Shown one piece after another: positions 1-11,431 of a stretch of 64,000 nt of DNA (positions are counted from its first letter, which is position 1; every line of letters starts with the position of its first letter). Location of the stretch: contig NW_027252668.1 in assembly GCF_044704955.1 (NCBI RefSeq), positions 3,534,001-3,598,000 on the forward strand, given 5' to 3'. A program made the translations under genes and the position numbers. Below the pieces are notes generated by a model. That model was not told where the DNA came from and ran no database searches. It saw only the letters and a list, made by a program, of their open reading frames with translations. The DNA is from Pristiophorus japonicus (lineage: Eukaryota).

Positions 1-810
1 AGAATAATACGCACAGAGATAGATACGTACTCCCATACCACAGATTGACTGGGCCAGAGATATGTACATACACCCATACCAGAGACTGACAGGCACAGAT
101 AAATACATAGTCCCATAGCAGAGTTACAGGCACACAGATAGATACATACTCCCAGACCAGAGACTGACAGGCATACAGCTAGATACACACTGCCACACCA
201 GAGACTGACAACACAGAGATAGATACATACTCCCATTCCATAGACTGACAGCATACAGATAGATACATACTCTCATACCAGAGACTGACAGGCACAGATA
301 GATACATAATCCCATACCAGAAATTGACAGGCACAGAGACAGATACAAACTTCTACACCGGACGTTGACAGGCAAACAGATAGATACATAATCTCATACC
401 AGAGATTGACAGGCACAGAGATAGATGCATACTCCCATACCAGAGACTGACAGGCACACAAATATATACATAGTCCCATGCCAATGACTGACAGGCACAG
501 ATAAATACATACTCCCATACCAGAGTGACAGGCACACAGATCGATACATACTCCCATACTAGAGACTGACAGGCACAGTGATAGATACATATTACTATAC
601 CAGAGACTGATGGGCACAGCGATAGATATATACTCTCATATCTGACACTGACAGGCAAACAGCGAGATACATACTCGCACACCTGGCACTGACTACTGAC
701 TGGCACAGAGATAGATATATACTCCCATACCAGATACTGACAAGCACAGAGATAAATACAAACTTCTATACAGGACACTGACAGGCATAGAGATAGATAC
801 ATACTCCCAT
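1..810 (+). repeat. 41-bp satellite array
   Basis: Tandem units close to ATACCAGAGACTGACAGGCACAGAGATAGATACATACTCCC; source of the spurious MYLSLCLSVSG ORFs on the minus strand. Confidence 0.95.
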
Positions 811-2778
811 ATTAAAGCCAAGGAAGTGGCATACAAATTGGCGAGAAATAGCAGCGAACCCGGGAACTGGGAGAAATTTAGAACTCAGCCGAGGAGGACA
901 AAGGGTTTGATTAGGGCAGGGAAAATTGAGTACGAGAGGAAGCTTGCAGGGTATATTAAAATGGACTGCAAAAGCTTCTATGGATATGTAAAGAGAAAAT
1001 GGTTTGTAAAGACAAACGTAGGTCCCCTGCAGTCAGAATCAGGGGAAGTCATAACGGGGAACAAAGAAATGGCAGACCAATTGAACAATTACTTTAGGTT
1101 CGGTATTCACTAAGGAGGACACAAACAACCTTCCGGATATAAAAGGGGTCAGAGGGTCTAGTAAGAAGGAGGAACTGAGGGAAATCCTTATTAGTCGGGA
1201 AATTGTGTTGGGGAAATTGATGGGATTGAAGGCCGATACATCCCCAGGGCCTGATGGTCTGCATCCCAGAGTACTTAAGGAGGTGGCCTTGGAAATAGCG
1301 AATGCATTGACAGTCATTTTCCAACATTCCATAGACTCTGGATCAGTTCCTATAGAGTGGAGGGTAACCAATGTAACCCCACTTTTTAAAAAAAGGAGGG
1401 AGAGAGAAAACAGGGAATTATAGACCGGTCAGCCTGACATCGGTAGTGGGTAAAATGATGGAATTAATTATTAAGGATGTCATAGCAACGCAGTTGGAAA
1501 GAGGTGACATGATAGGTCCAAGTCAGCATGGATTTGTGAAAGGGAAATCATGCTTGACAAATCTTCTGGAATTTTTTGAGGATGTTTCCAGTAGAGTGGA
1601 CAAGGGAGAACCGATTGATGTGGTGTATTTGGACTTGCAGAAGGCTTTCGACAAGGTCCCACACAAGAGATTAAGGGTAGTGTGCTGACGTGGATTGAGA
1701 ACTGGTTGGCAGACAGGAAGCAAAGAGTAGGAGTCAATGGGTACTTTTCAGAATGGCAGGCAGTGACAAGTGGGGTACCGCAAGGTTCTGTGCTGGGGCC
1801 CCAGCTGTTTACATTGTACATTAATTATTTGGACGAGGGGATTAAATGTAGTATCTCCAAATTTGCGGATGACACTAAGTTGCGCTGCGAGGAGGATGCT
1901 ATGAGGCTGCAGAGTGACTTGGACAGGTTAGGTGAGTGGGCAAATGCATGGCAGATGAAGTATAATGTGGATAAATGTGAGGTTATCCACTTTGGTGGCA
2001 AAAACAGAGAGACAGACTATTATCTGAATGGTGACAGATTAGGAAAAGGGGAGGTGCAACGAGACCTGGGTGTCATGGTACATCAGTCGTTGAAGGTTGG
2101 CATGCAGGTACAGCAGGCGGTTAAGAAAGCAAATGGCATGTTGGCCTTCATAGCGAGGGGATTTGAGTACAGGGGCAGGGAGGTGTTACTACAGTTGTAC
2201 AGGGCCTTGGTGAGGCCACACCTGGGGAGTATTGTGTCCAGTTTTGGTCTCCGAACTTGAGGAAGGACATTCTTCCTGTTGAGGGCGTGCAGCGAAGGTT
2301 CACCAGACTGATTCCCGGGATGGCGGGACTGACATATCAAGAAAGACTGGATCAATTGGGCTTGTATTCACTGAAGTTCAGAAGAATGAGAGGGGATCTC
2401 ATCGAAACGTTTAAAATTCTGATGGGTTTGGACAGGTTAGATGCAGGAAAAATGTTCCCAATGTTGGGGAAATTCAGAACCAGGGGTCACAGTCTAAGGA
2501 TAAGAGGTAAGCCATTTAGGACTGAGATGAGGAGAAACTTCTTCACCCAGAGAGTGGTGAACCTGTGGAATTCTCTACCACAGAACGTTGTTGAGGCCAA
2601 TTCACTAAATATATTCAAAAAGGAGTTAGATTTAGTCCTTACTACGAGGGGGATCAAGGGGTATGGCGAGAAAGCAGGAATGGGGTACTGAAGTTGCATG
2701 TTCAGCCATGAACTCATTGAATGGCGGTGCAGGCTCGAAGGGCTGAATGGTCTACTCCTGCACATATTTTCTATGTTT
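811..2778 (+). mobile_element. CR1-clade LINE, 5'-truncated, frameshifted RT
   Basis: ORF fragments with QHGF, KAFDKVPH, GVPQGSVLGP, FADD; 3' tail TTTTCTATGTTTCT. Confidence 0.95.
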
Positions 2779-3221
2779 CTATACCAAAGACTGACAGGAA
2801 CAAAGATAGATACATACTCCCATATCAGAAACTGACTTGTACACAGATAGATAAATACTCCTATACCAGAGACGGACAGGCACACAGATAGATACATAAT
2901 CCCATACCAGAGACTGACAGGGACAGAGATAGATATATACTTCCAGACCAGACACTGACAAGCACAGAGATAGATACATACTTCTATACCACAGACTGAC
3001 AGCACAGAGATAGATACATACTCCCACCCCGGGCACAGAGATAGATACATGCTCCCATATCAGATAGTGACAGGCACAGATAGATACATGCTCCCATACC
3101 AGCGACTGTCAGCACAGAGATAGATACATACTCCAAGACCAGAAAGTGACAGCACAGATAGATGCAAACTCCCATACCAGAGACTGACAGGCACACAGAT
3201 AGATGCATACTCCCAGACCAA
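2779..3221 (+). repeat. 41-bp satellite array
   Basis: Same unit as 1-810. Confidence 0.93.
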
Positions 3222-4490
3222 TACATAAGAATTAGGAACAGGAGTAGGCCATCTAGCCCCTTGAGCCTGCTCCGCCAATCAATAAGATCATGGCTGATCT
3301 GGCCATGGACTCAGCTCCACTTACACGCCCGCTCCCCGTAACCCTTAATTCCCTTATTGGTTAAAAATCTATCTATCTGTGACTTGAATACATTCAATGA
3401 GCTAGCCTCAACTGCTTCCTTGAGCAGAGATTTCCACAGATTCACAACCCTCTGGGAGAAGAAATTCCTTCTCAACTCGGTTTTAAATTGGCTCCCCCGT
3501 ATTTTGAGGCTGTGCCCCCAAGTTCTAGTCTCCCCGACCAGTGGAAACAACCTCTCCGCCTCTATCTTGTCTATCCCTTTCATTATTTTAAATGTTTCTA
3601 TAAGATCACCCCTCATCCTTCTGAACTCCAACGAGTAAAGACCCAGTCTACTCAATCTATCATCATAAAGTAACCACCTCATCTCCGGAATCAGCCTAGT
3701 GAATCGTCTCTGTACCCGCTCCAAAGCCAGTATATCCTTCCTTAAGTAAGGGGACCAAAACTGCACGCAGTACTCCAGGTGCGACCTCACCAATACCCTA
3801 TACAGTTGCAGCAGGACCTCCCTGCTTTTGTACTCCATCCCTCTCGCAATGAAGGCCAACATTCCATTCGCCTTCCTGATTACCTGCTGCACCTGCAAAC
3901 TAACTTTTTGGGAAAAGAGTTTCATGCACAAGCAACCCCAGGTCCCTCTGCATCTCAGCATGTTGTAATTTCTCCCCATTCAAATAATATTCCCTTTTAC
4001 TGTTTTTTTTCACCAAGGTGGATGACCTCACACTTTCCGACACTGTATTCCATCTGCCAAACCTTAGCCCATTCGCTTAACCTATCTAAATCTCTTTGCA
4101 GCCAATCTGTGTCCTCTCCACAACCCGCTTTCCAACTAATCTTTGTGTCATCTGCAAATTTTGTTACACAACACTCTGTCCCCTCTTCCAGGTCATCTAT
4201 GTATATTGTAAACAGTTGTGGTCCCAGCACCGATCCCTGTGGCACACCACTAACCACCGATTTCCAACCCGAAAAGGACCCATTTATCCCGACTCTCTGC
4301 TTTCTGTTCGCCAGACAATTCTCTATCCATGCTAATACGTTTCCTCTGACTCCGCGTACCTCTATCTTCTGCAGTAATCTTTTGTGTGGTACCTTATCAA
4401 ATGCCTTTTGGAAATCTAAATACACCACATCCATCGGTACACCTCTATCCACCATGCTCGTTACATCCTCAAAGAATTCCAGTAAATTAG
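3222..4490 (-). mobile_element. CR1 LINE 3' fragment with a 7-bp insertion at 3914-3920
   Basis: RT motifs GVPQGSVLGP and FADD in ORF 3997..5097; C-terminus in ORF 3311..3979; tail near 3222. Confidence 0.93.
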
Positions 4491-4504
4491 AAAATTCCAG
4501 AAAA

Positions 4505-7390
4505 AACAGAAACTGACAGCACAGAGATAAATACATACTCCCATACCAGAGTCTGACTTGCACAGAGTTAGATACATACTTCCATACCAGACAGTAACAG
4601 GCACACACATATATATATATATATTCAGCCATACCAGAGATTGACTGGGACAGAGATAGATACATACTTCTATACCAGACACTGACAGGCACACAGATAG
4701 ATACATACACCCATACCAGCAATTGACTGGGCCAGAAATAGATAAATACTCTCATAACAGAGACTGACAGGTACAGAGATTGATACATACGCCCATACCA
4801 GAAACTGACAGCACAGATAGATACAGACTCCGATACCAGAGAATTATAGGCACAGAGATAGATACATACTCCCACACCAGAGATTGACAGCACAGAGGTA
4901 GTTACATAATTGTATACCGGACACTGACGGGCACAGAGATAGATACATACTCCCATACCAGAGACTGACTTGCACACAGATAGATACGTACTCCCAGACC
5001 AGAGACTGACCGCACAGAGATAGATACATACTCCCACACCCGGCACAGAGATACTCCCATACCAGACAGTGACAGGCACACAAATGTATACATACAACCA
5101 TACCAGCTACTGACAAGCAGAAAGATAGATACAAACTTCTATACCGACACTGACATGCACACAGATAGATACATAATCCCATACCCAAGATTGACAGGCA
5201 CAGAGATAGATACATACTACCACACCAGAGACTGACTTGCACACAGATAGATACATACTCGCAGACCAGAGACTGACGGGCACAGAGTTAGATACAAAGT
5301 CCCATACCCGGCACTGACAGGCACACAGATAGATACATGCTCCCATACCAGAAACTGACAAGCACACAGATAGATACACACTCCCACACCAGAGACTGAC
5401 AGCACAGAGATAGATACATACTCCCACACCCGGCACAGAGATAGATACATACTCCCATTCCAGAGACTGACAGCACACACATTGATACATGCTCCCATAC
5501 CCGAGACTGACGGGCACAGATAGATACATACTCAAATACCCGACACTGACAGGCACAGACTGATACGTTCTCCCATAACAGAGACTGACGGGCAGAGGTG
5601 GATACATACGCCTATACCAGCGTCTGACAGGTACAGACATAAATAGGTGCTCCCATACCAGAGATTGACTGGCACAGATAGATACATACTCCCAAAGCAG
5701 AGACTAACAGGCACAGAGATAGATACATACTTCCATACCAGAGACTGACAGGCACAGATATAGATACATTCTCCCTCACATGAGACTGACAGGCACACAG
5801 ATAGATACTTACTCCCATATCAGAGACTGACAGGCACAGAGATAGATATATACTTCCATTCCAAGCACTGATAGGCACAGAGTTGGATACATATTCCATA
5901 CCAGAGAGTGGCAGAGACAGAGATACATACTCCTATACCAGAGACTGACAGGGACAGCGATAGATACATACTCCCAGACCAGTGAATGACAGGCACAGAA
6001 AGATACAAAGTCCCACACCAGAGACTGACAGGCACAGTGATAGATACATAATCCATATCAGAGAGTGGCAGAGACAGAGATAGATACATACTCCGATACC
6101 AGAGACTGACAGGCACACAGATGGAAACATCCTTACCAGACACTAACTGGCACAGAGATAGATACATGCTCCCACACCAGCGACCGACAGGCACAAAAAT
6201 AGATACATACTCCCGTACCAGACACTGACAGGGACAGAGATAGATACATACTCCCATACCAGAGACGGACAGGGACAGAGATAGATACATACTCACATAC
6301 CAAACACGGACAGCATGGATCGATACATACTCCCGTACTTGACACTGACCGGGACAGGCAGAAATGGATACATCCTCCCATACCAGAGACTGACAGGTAC
6401 ACAGATAGATACAGATGGGAGTACCAGATGGGTAGATCAGGGCCAAGGAGAGGCGAGGGCCCAGGGGCAGCATGGACCAGCCCACACTGCGATATGTGTG
6501 CGCACTAGGTCAGTGCCGCAGAGCTGGTCTCCAGTCGTCTTGGATAACCCTTGCCACTGGACCAAGACCTAGCTCTGTCAAGTCCGTGTGGTGGCTGGTG
6601 TGCAACTGCCACCACATGTTAAAAAAAAATCGACGCACAGGTACCTTTCACCCTTTAACATGTAGTTCGGGACCTGGAATATTAGGTCTTTCATTGAAAC
6701 ACCTGTGAACTTTTTGGCATGGAAGCAAGTCATCCTCGACTCGAGGGACTGCCTATGACGATGATGACTCCCATAACAGACACGGACTGCACGGATCGAT
6801 ACATACTTCCATAGCAGACACTGACAGGGACAGAAAGATACATAGTCCCACACCAGCGATCGACAGGTACAGAGATAGATACGTACTCCCATACCAGATA
6901 TTGACCGGCACACAGATGGAAACACCCTTAGCAGACACTAACTGGCACAGAGAAAGATACATACTCCTGTACCTGACACTGACAGGGACAGAGATAGATA
7001 CATACTCACATACCAGCGACTGAAAGGGACAGAGATAGATACATACTTCCATACCAGAGAATGGCAGGCACAGAGATGGATACATACTCCCAAAGCAGAG
7101 ACTGACAGGCACACAGATAGATATTACTCCCATACCAGTCACTGAATGCACACAGATAGATACGTACTCCCATACCAGAGACTGACAGGCACAGAGATAG
7201 ATACATACTCCCATACCAGACACTGACAGGCACAGAGATAGTAACATACTCCCATACTCGACACAGACAGCACAGATAGATACATACTCCCATACTAGAG
7301 ACTGACAGACACACCGATAGATACATACTTCCATACCAGGGATTGACAGGCACATAGATAGATACATACTCCCATACCAGAGACTGACAG
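4505..7390 (+). repeat. 41-bp satellite array, interrupted at about 6420-6766
   Basis: Dozens of diverged units. Confidence 0.95.
6424..6766 (+). mobile_element. Non-autonomous bipartite RTE-derived retroposon
   Basis: 6666-6686 reads FGTWNIR (APE N-terminal motif), followed shortly by a 3' end with a (TGA)n tail; related copies at 30998 and 33865. Confidence 0.65.
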
Positions 7391-7667
7391 ATTCAAAGGA
7401 AAACCATCTCTGAATTAGGTAGAAACTGGCAGTTATAGGATAAGACCCAGACTAATAAATCAGAAGATGACAAGGACAGAATAAAATCCAGATTCCCATA
7501 ACGGACACTGCCAGATACAGAATAAAGTCCACACGCACATACCAGAGACCAATAGATACAGAGCGACGCTCACGTACCAGGGACTGAGAGAAACAGACTA
7601 AAACCTACCATCGCAAAGCTGAAAATGACAGATACAGAGTACTCCCCTCTATTCCATATCAATAAAA

Positions 7668-7828
7668 GTGGAGAGAGGAACAGAGTTAATGTTTCAGGTG
7701 TATGAGCCTTTGTCATCGAACTGAAACGTTAACTCTCTCTCTCTCCACAGATGCTGCCTGACCCGCTGAAATTTCCAGCATTTTCTGTTTTTATTTCCAA
7801 TTCCAGCATCCACAGTATTTTGCTTTTA
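7668..7828. mobile_element. Palindromic Penelope-like terminal repeat relic
   Basis: Inverted arms GTGGAGAGAG..AGAGTTAATGTTTCAG / CTGAAACGTTAACTCTCTCT..CCAC; paralog at about 37045-37170. Confidence 0.5.
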
Positions 7829-8140
7829 TACTTGTATATCATAATAAAAATAAGAACATAAAAAATAGGAGCAGGACTGGTACGGAATAAAAAACACTGT
7901 CATATCAAACACTGACAGATACAGAGTAAAAGTCATAATCACATACCAGAGGTGGGCTGATACAGAATAAAGTCCATAATCATAAACCCGGTTTCAATAC
8001 AGTACATAGAAACCCCCCACAATAATCAGAGAATGTGTGCAAAGATTAAAATCCACATTCACAAACGAGAAATTCACAGGTATTGATTAAAACACTCACT
8101 TATATATCCCAAACAGAAAGTGGATTAAATTTTGACTGAA

Positions 8141-8213
8141 TCCTACGGCCATGAATTGAACCCAGATCAACGAGCTTGGAAGGCAGCTGTGCTCACCACT
8201 CTACCACCATCAC
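8141..8213 (-). pseudogene. tRNA-Gly(TCC) pseudogene
   Basis: Minus strand TGGTGGTAGAGTGGTGAGCACAGCTGCCTTCCAAGC..GGGTTCAATTC..GGCC matches vertebrate tRNA-Gly-TCC; acceptor stem is broken. Confidence 0.85.
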
Positions 8214-8258
8214 ACGCATCAAGCGGGAAAGCATCGCTTTCTGTTTTTACACGTGCCT

Positions 8259-8625
8259 GTCAATCCCACACTGACACATTGTACCAGAGAGTGACAGATA
8301 GTGTCTTTACTATACTCCCAGTCAATCCCACACTGACACACTGTACCAGACAGTGACAGATAGTGTCTTTACTATACTCCCAGTCAATCCCACACTGACA
8401 CACTGTACCAGACAGTGACAGATACAGTGTCTTTACTATACTCCCAGTCAATCCCACACTGACACACTGTACCAGACAGTGACAGATACAGTGTCTTTAC
8501 TATACTCCCCAGTCAATCCCACACTGACACACTGTACCAGAGAGTGACAGATACAGTGTCTTTACTATACTCCCAGTCAATCCCACACTGACACACTGTA
8601 CCAGACAGTGACAGATACAGTATCT
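8259..8625 (+). repeat. 62-65 bp tandem repeat, about 6 units
   Basis: GTCAATCCCACACTGACACACTGTACCAGACAGTGACAGATACAGTGTCTTTACTATACTCCCA at 8259, 8321, 8383, 8447, 8512, 8576. Confidence 0.95.
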
Positions 8626-9035
8626 ATCCTGCACTGACCAGTGAGTCCCACATTAGCACACAGTAGCTGAGTGACAGAGGCAGTGTCTGTTCCACACTCA
8701 ATGATTAACCCCAGCACTGTAGACGTCTCTGCAAAGACACGTTTGGTTGAAATGAATTGCCCAGTAATGTCTATCCCACACTCAGTGATTAACCCACTGT
8801 TCACACTACAATCGGGTGAGCGCCTCCACCTGCTTTTAATGGTTGTTTGGAGTTTTCAGCCGGACCAATAAAATACTTTGCAATAGTTTAAGCTGAACAT
8901 AAACATGGTTCTGAGCGATCTGTGGAATTTAAAATGGGTTCTGCTGAATGATTGTCACTTGTTGCAGCACTCGCTTTCAGCCAGGAGATGGCAGCAACCT
9001 CTAACAGTTAGGAGTGTACAGATTGTGTCCACACA

Positions 9036-9097
9036 TCTGGACGGCCATGAGTCTGGTACTACCCGGAGAGCTGGCCAAGCACACTAGCTCCAAGTAA
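9036..9097 (+). pseudogene. Histone H2B C-terminal relic
   Basis: Translates [20 protein letters not shown] versus [16 protein letters not shown][[12 protein letters not shown]]TSSK*. Confidence 0.8.
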
Positions 9098-9182
9098 ATC
9101 TCCACAAATTACTGACAAAAAAAAACAGAAAACACCACGATTCACATACAGGAAAATGACAGATGCAGGTTAAAATCCCAAC

Positions 9183-9420
9183 TCCAGTGATTCACAACCC
9201 TCTGAGTGAACAAATTTCTCCCAATCTCAGTTCGATATTATTGTACCAACACTACCTTACTCTTACACTCCAACCCATTTGCATTAAGGGCTAACATACC
9301 ATTTATCTTCCTAACTGTTTGCTGTAACTGCATGTTAACTTTCTGTGATTCATGTACAAGGACACTCAGATTCCACTCAATAACATTTACTAGTCTTTCT
9401 CTTTTAAATAAAGTCAGTTG
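9183..9420 (-). mobile_element. Old CR1 fragment
   Basis: ORF 9238..9426 VLVHESQKVNMQLQQ..NGMLA. Confidence 0.8.
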
Positions 9421-9955
9421 TTTCATTCATATAAAGTAAAATTCACACTCACATCTCAAAGTCTGAACAATACACAATAAAACCCACACTCACATATCAG
9501 TGACTGTCAGGGACAGAGTAAAACACACTCACATAACAGAAACTGACAAGTAGAGAGTAAAACATGCATTTGCATAACAGAAACTGACCAGGTACGGAAT
9601 AAAACCCACACACACATCCCAGGACAGCGAGACAATGTGAAAATCACACTCACATACTCGAAGCTGACAGGTGTATAATGAAACCCAAATTCGCTGAGCA
9701 GAAACTGAAGAAAAAACAACACTCACATAAATCATATTTCCAAATATGTTTATCAAAGTTAGGTGCGCCTTTGTCGAGCTGTGTCAAGTAAATAGCCCTT
9801 ACGTTTGAGAAATTCCTTGACCTGCAAGTCTAAATAAATATTTAATCACTTAACACAATGGTGTAATCAAATTCAGCTGTAAGAAATGGAAGAAGGCCAT
9901 AAGGCCCCTCGAACCTGCTCCACAATTCAATTGGATCATGGTTGAACAGCCAAAA

Positions 9956-10083
9956 ATCCACGCGGTGCTTCTGACAAAGAAATCCAATGCTGGGCCCAGC
10001 AAGAGCAAGTAAAATGGACAAGATTTAATCTAATACCACGTTGGTTCTTTTCAGAGCCACACACTCTATCTGTGAAAGGGCTG
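9956..10083 (+). pseudogene. Histone H2A C-terminal relic with stem-loop and HDE
   Basis: IHAVLLTKKSNAGPSKSK*; GGTTCTTTTCAGAGCC at 10043-10058; TGAAAGGGCTG downstream. Confidence 0.85.
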
Positions 10084-10124
10084 GTTACTGTCTGAAGAAA
10101 CTGATCTATTGATCACAATCTTAT

Positions 10125-10590
10125 CAGCTGTGCTTCAGTTGGTAGCACCCTTGCTTCTGAGTCAGAAGGTTGTGGGTTCAAATCCCTCTCCAGGGACTTG
10201 AGCACAAAAATCTAGGCTGACATACCAGTGCAGTGATGAGGGAGTGCTGCACTGTTGGAGGTGCCATCGAAAGGAAGAGACGTTAAACCGAGGTCCCTCG
10301 CTCTCTCAGGTGGATGTAATAGATCCCACGACCACTATTTTGAAGAAGAGCAGGTCAATTATGCCCGGTGTCCCGGCCAATACTTATCCCTCGATCAACA
10401 CAACACAATGGATTATCTGGTCATTATCATATTGCTGTTTGTGGGAGCTTGTTGTGCACGAAATGTCTGCCGCCGTTCCTACATTACTACAGTGTCTACA
10501 CTTCAAAAAGCACTTCATTGGCTGCGAACCACGTTCAGAAGTCCGATGGTCGTGAAAGGCGCAATATAAATCCAGGTCACTATTTCTCTA
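10125..10590 (+). mobile_element. tRNA-headed SINE resembling DeuSINE (SacSINE1/AmnSINE1-like)
   Basis: A/B-box head (CAGTTGGTAGC..GGTTCAAATCC), central GAGACGTTAAACCGAGGTCCC..GGATGTAATAGATCCCA region, tail GTGAAAGGCGCAATATAAAT; family assignment from recalled consensus. Confidence 0.75.
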
Positions 10591-10839
10591 CTTGATATTA
10601 AATCCCGACGGTTGATAAACTGGGAGTTTCCTGACCAGAAGTCACCCTCAGTCAATCTCGGTTATAAACCGGTCAATGTCTGTTAAACATGTAAAAATCC
10701 AGATCGATAAACAGAGCAGCGAGTTTGCTGTTCAGATTATTGAATATATACTAGAAGATTTATGAACCTTCCTCATAAGATTTTTGCCTGATAACAGAAC
10801 AGAAACACATAAAGAACAGAGTATAAATCAGGAGGTGTT

Positions 10840-11190
10840 TTTTTTTTTGAAATTCGTAGCCAATCGTTCCAATTCTTTGTCAAATCACAAACGCCAGAGG
10901 TCACCTTGCACACGCCAAGGATCACTCTGCGCCAATGCTCTTTGCCAAAAGGCCTAGAGCCACTGCACCGTTCGTGGAAGTACTGCATTACCAGGTTCGT
11001 GCCATGGAGGTGGATGGGTCAGGTCCCCCACACAACTCCGTGGAGGTGGATGGGTCAAGCCACCCCACCCACCTCCTATTTCCAAAAAAGCAAGCATATA
11101 CCTTCCTGATCCAGGGAGAACCACCTTAGGGTTATGGTGGTTACTCCCCTGTCAGGTCAGTTACGCATGATCTTAGCCAAAAGGCCGAGA
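10840..11190 (-). mobile_element. U2/U1 snRNA-derived chimeric retroposon (SINEU-like)
   Basis: U2 5' end, U1 5' segment, U2 3' half, second U2 5' segment, poly(A); TSD AGGAGGTGTT at 10830-10839 and 11191-11200. Confidence 0.85.
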
Positions 11191-11249
11191 AGGAGGTGTT
11201 GCAACACATGACCTCATTCAAGAATTTTAGATTGTGGCGAGCATAAATT

Positions 11250-11385
11250 TGATTGGTCTCTTTAAACATCCAATCAGAGAGATACAGAACAATGGTTTTG
11301 ACAAGCCAATCACAACCATTGCCTTCGCCCATCCCTCATTAGCATAGGGCTGTGGGCGGAGTGTGGAGCTGCCGATATAATGCGG
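11250..11385 (+). promoter_or_regulatory. H2B promoter
   Basis: CCAAT/ATTGG boxes, octamer variant ATTAGCAT near 11338, GC box, TATAAT near 11376. Confidence 0.7.
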
Positions 11386-11431
11386 GCTCGGAGCAAAGTT
11401 TCCCCAAATCTGCGCCTGACTGAACGAGACG

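Larger units (their letters stand above)
7390..8330 (+). repeat. Segmental duplication block, unit A; paralog about 36718-37420
   Basis: Collinear from ATTCAAAGGAAAACCATCTC through the tRNA relic to the 62-bp repeat. Confidence 0.9.

Noticed and set aside
8259-8625. Regular repeats resembling a CRISPR array
   Set aside because: No unique spacers, eukaryotic context, no cas genes
11225-11241. PSE-like CTCGCCACAATCTAAAA upstream of the U2 head, suggesting a real snRNA gene
   Set aside because: It is closer than canonical PSE spacing and lies outside the TSD; poly(A) and TSD indicate retroposition, and the U2 branch-pairing region is replaced
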